64,000 nt of DNA from an uncultured Desulfurococcales archaeon. GTDB taxonomy: Archaea > Thermoproteota > Thermoprotei_A > EX4484-217-1. Shown here piece after piece: positions 60,926 through 64,000 of this stretch. Numbering within the stretch: the first letter of the stretch is position 1; each line of letters opens with the position of its first letter. Location of the stretch: contig CAYOTT010000002.1 in assembly GCA_964406965.1 (NCBI GenBank), forward strand, positions 72,712-136,711, given 5' to 3'. Position numbers and translations under genes: made by a program. The notes under the pieces were generated by a model. That model did not search any database. It saw only the letters and a list, made by a program, of their open reading frames with translations, and had not been told where the DNA came from.

Positions 60926-61062
60926 TACTCTATACTTGTTTAAGAGCAGCATAGAGCTAAATATGGTTTATTTGGAGTACTGACTAGGTTTAAGATTTAG
61001 AAATCTTTATAATGCCATAATATTCTAATGCATAGTATGTATGAGGTATTGGGGTAGGAGTT

Positions 61063-61626
61063 ATGAATGTCCCACTACTTTTAGAATTATTCATTAGATT
61101 CCTTAAAGTCGGTATTGTTGGTTTTGGCGGTGGATGGGCTATATTACCTATTATTGAAAGAGAGGTTGTTGAGGAAGCAAAATGGCTTTCTAGGTCTGAA
61201 TATTTAAACTTGGTCGCTATAGCTGGTTCTACGCCGGGACCAGTTGCTGTAAATGCAGCTACATATGTTGGTTTTAAACTCGCAGGCCCGTTAGGGGCTT
61301 TCATAGCTACTTTAGCTGTAATACTACCACCATTTACAATAATTTCTCTAATAGTTTACTCACTTACAACATATATCACTAATAGGCTCGTGCAAGCGGT
61401 GTTAAATGGGTTAAAAGCAGCCGTTATAGGACTAATCATTTTAGCGCTAGTTACAACTGCGAAAGAAACATATGCTATGTTACCGAAAATTCCCCAAGTA
61501 ATAGCAGCATCATCAATAATATTATTCATGATAGTCACAGTGTATATATTTAAAATTCATCCCATAATTTCATTGTTAATATCGGCACTAATAGGATTAT
61601 TGCTGGGGGTACTTAAAGTATGGTAA
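61063..61626 (+). CDS. chrA: chromate transporter (CHR family, short single-domain type)
   Basis: FLKVGIVGFGGGWAILPIIEREVVEEAKWLSRSEYLNLVAIAGSTPGPVAVNAATYVG matches the ChrA signature region. Confidence 0.75.
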   Translation: MNVPLLLELFIRFLKVGIVGFGGGWAILPIIEREVVEEAKWLSRSEYLNLVAIAGSTPGPVAVNAATYVGFKLAGPLGAFIATLAVILPPFTIISLIVYSLTTYITNRLVQAVLNGLKAAVIGLIILALVTTAKETYAMLPKIPQVIAASSIILFMIVTVYIFKIHPIISLLISALIGLLLGVLKVW

Positions 61627-61708
61627 TAATTGGAAATAGTTTGAACAAGTGTGTCTCATATATAGTTAAGCATCTTAGTTAACATGTAAGGTGGTGTTAA
61701 GCTGAAAT

Positions 61709-61999
61709 TTAAATAACATGTATTAATGTAAGTATGAATATGAAAAGTAGTATAAGGTAAGGAAGCTTTAAAGTACGTTCCTCATATAATTGCATATATT
61801 TGTATGAGGATACTAGGGCAGTTATTCCTATAAGGCCAGCATTTATGATGAAAGGTAAAGATAGATTATCAATATGAAATATTAGGCCTCCAATACTAAC
61901 TGTTATTTTATGAAAGTACATGGTAAATGTAATCATTAACAGTGATAATACTATAAGAGAGTATAATGATATTTTCATTATCTTAATTTTATCATTCAT
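61709..61999 (-). CDS. hypothetical small membrane protein (possibly another Mrp/complex-I-like small subunit)
   Basis: 96 aa, 3 TM. It lies immediately downstream of the NuoN-like gene. Confidence 0.3.
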   Translation of the reverse strand: MNDKIKIMKISLYSLIVLSLLMITFTMYFHKITVSIGGLIFHIDNLSLPFIINAGLIGITALVSSYKYMQLYEERTLKLPYLILLFIFILTLIHVI

Positions 62000-62099
62000 G
62001 CAGAAATACCTCCATAAATTGTAATATGTGATATCGTATTGTATGATAGAAGGTAAGACGTTAGTGATATTGCAATAAGTGCAGCTATAGTGTATTTCA

Positions 62100-63470
62100 T
62101 TAGTGAAGGTATGTTAATTCTATTAATGGATAGTTCAGAGTTTGAGAAGACAGTTTTTCCAACCATTTAATACTTACTATAAAGAATACGCATGAACTTA
62201 TGAACATGGAAAATATTGGAACCAAATGGATAGCGTTGGCAAATTTACTTACTGACGTTAAAATGTAAAGCTTACCGAAGAATAAGTTAAATGGGGGTAC
62301 GCCTGATAGCCCAAGTATTGCTGAAATTCATCCTATTGTAACTAGTTTAGTGGGGAGAAGAAGACCTTTAATATTTCTCATATCATGGGTTCCATAAACA
62401 TATCCGAAAACTCCGACAATAAGGAAACCTAAACCTTTAAGGTAAGCATGGGTTACAAGATACGAAGTTGAAGCTTTCAAGCCAATAGTAGGGTTTATGA
62501 TGGCATAAGCTAGCCCAACATACATTATCATGACCTCATTTACTGTTGAGTAAGCTAATAATTTTTTAGCATCAGTTTGAACAGGGTACATGAGAACACA
62601 AATAATGCAAGTAATTACTATAGGAATTGTAAGTATTGTAAAGCATATTTCAGGCAACGAATTAATGAACTGGATTATCCTACCTAACAAATAAACACCC
62701 ATTTCACTCATGGCGGCGCCGTGGTGAAAGGCTGAAGCAGGCGTAGAAGCTACCATAGCATCTATAAGCCATGAGTAAAAGGGGAATTGTGCAGACTTAG
62801 CTAAGGAAGCCACTAAAATCAGTGTAAAGAGTATTAGCTTAATACCTGGAGTTAGTCTATGTATTTCTAAAAGGCTTGTATCATGGATATAGTAAAAGCT
62901 AATACATGAGGCAATATATGGTCCAAGTAGTGCTCTGACATGAGTATAGATTATAGCTTTATTTGCTGCTTCAATAGCTTTCCTAGAACCATAGTATAAT
63001 ATAAGGCCCCAACACGATATTGTCATTAATTCAAAAAATATTATCATCTGTATTAGTGATGAAGAATGTAGAAATGCTAGCGTGGATCCTAAGAAGAGAA
63101 GCATCCAGGCGTAAAATTTGCCTTTACCGTAATGTATTGGGTGTAGTTTATTGTTAGGGCTTAAATAGTCTATTGAATATATTAAAAATATTGCTCCACA
63201 TGTAACTACAGCTATGCCTACAATCACCGAGAAAGGATCAATAATTAAGCCATAAAATTCCCCTACCACATTCATCTTCAATAAAACTACATGTATAAGG
63301 GACATATCTTTAACATACAGGAAAGCCCCTAGAAAATAAGTTGACATTACTGCAAACACATTAATGAGCAAGTATATGTCAGCGAGTTTTCTATCTAGGA
63401 TGAATAATGGTAAACTGGATACAAGAGGTATGAGGAGCGATGCTAAAAACAGTATGGGTATGGTACTCAC
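62100..63470 (-). pseudogene. proton-pumping antiporter-like subunit (NuoN/NuoM/MnhD family) interrupted by an in-frame TGA
   Basis: The 380-aa ORF ends ...KGLLLPTKLVTIG-TGA. The same frame continues ISAILGLSGVPPFNLFFGKLYIL... for 75 more codons, which is the conserved C-terminal LAG(I/L)PPxxGFxxK helix of this family. Confidence 0.6.
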
Positions 63471-63810
63471 TAGAAATCACCAACACTTTACAATACAGCT
63501 TTAAGAGAAAATGCTATGGCGGCGTAAATGTTTCTTGAAAAAGTTAGTAGACTTATCTAACATGTTTACTAAGCATCTCTCTCTACTAATCAAAGCTAAA
63601 GTCGCCGAAGCTAGCCTAAATTGTAACAAATTTGGAGTTAAGTAAAAACATTATACCTAATACAATATCGAATATGGAAATTCAAAAATTATCTATTAGT
63701 AAATAATAAACTGTCCATTAAGCAATGGCTGTAATAAGTGCGAATTCAGTAGTATTATTTTGAAGAAAGGTATGCTCGGTAATCATTAATATAATGGCTT
63801 TAAAATATAT

Positions 63811-64000
63811 TAATTAATTCTAGAAGTTTAGAAGCTTTCTCAGACGCTTTATGAATGTTTTCTAAACCTTTTGAGCCTTTTGCAAGCCAGTATCCCATAT
63901 GATATGCTACAGTTTTACTTTCATCACCAAAGATCTTCCTAAGTGTTGATAGCAGTATGGGAACATATAATAATTCTGTACTTACAGTAAGACGTGATAA
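63811..64000 (-). CDS. hypothetical protein, C-terminal part (gene start lies beyond window end)
   Basis: Open minus-strand frame ...ILLSTLRKIFGDESKTVAYHMGYWLAKGSKGLENIHKASEKASKLLELINIF, stop at about 63811. Confidence 0.2.

Overview
This is a 64-kb, AT-rich, gene-dense stretch of archaeal chromosome. It looks like a low-GC hyperthermophilic crenarchaeon: several genes overlap by 4 nt, the HMG-CoA reductase is class I, genes for the compatible solute di-myo-inositol phosphate are present, and the tRNA encodes its own CCA. Both strands are about 85-90% coding. The only long non-coding stretch is 50.5-52.9 kb.

Genes I could recognise, by function:
- Compatible-solute and lipid head-group synthesis: CTP:inositol-1-phosphate cytidylyltransferase and DIPP synthase as separate overlapping genes (normally one fused protein), a second CDP-alcohol phosphatidyltransferase, a second sugar nucleotidyltransferase, and a GT81-like glucosyl-3-phosphoglycerate-synthase-family glycosyltransferase.
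- Tungstate ABC importer tupABC, with a divergently transcribed regulator that fuses a ModE-type HTH to a TupA-like binding domain.
- Metal homeostasis: a divergent NikR / P1B-ATPase pair, and a decayed copper-ATPase locus (ArsR-type regulator, intact HMA module, then a frameshifted copA lacking its 3' end).
- Central metabolism: HMG-CoA reductase, HtrA-like protease, M24 peptidase, 1-pyrroline-5-carboxylate dehydrogenase, tryptophanase, an ACC-deaminase/D-cysteine-desulfhydrase-family enzyme, a nitrilase-family hydrolase, formamidase, nitroreductase, and an Fe-type alcohol dehydrogenase.
- Membrane modules: an ABC-2 exporter pair, a stomatin/NfeD pair, a short chromate transporter, and a NuoN/MnhD-like antiporter subunit interrupted by an in-frame TGA.
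- Toxin-antitoxin modules: three VapBC-like pairs and one HEPN/MNT pair.
- A tRNA-Gly(CCC) whose 3' half occurs three times (45874, 44698, about 43599). Each extra copy is followed by a short, protein-level-conserved reading frame, and the segments between copies carry only a TA pair or two tiny ORFs. I read these as stacked remnants of SSV/pNOB8-type integrative elements.

Candidate undescribed systems:
- The operon 14225-16772: a DNA-modification/repair-type radical-SAM HhH protein coupled to an alkaline-phosphatase-superfamily phosphodiesterase instead of its usual UDG-like partner, next to the HEPN/MNT pair.
- The coiled-coil plus coiled-coil/winged-helix pair at 19494-20390.
- The secreted, N-glycosylation-sequon-rich protein at 16806 next to the GT81-like enzyme.

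Several gene disruptions sit at homopolymer runs, so sequencing error must be excluded before calling them pseudogenes. The copA 3' deletion and the nuoN-like TGA substitution are not homopolymer-type errors.
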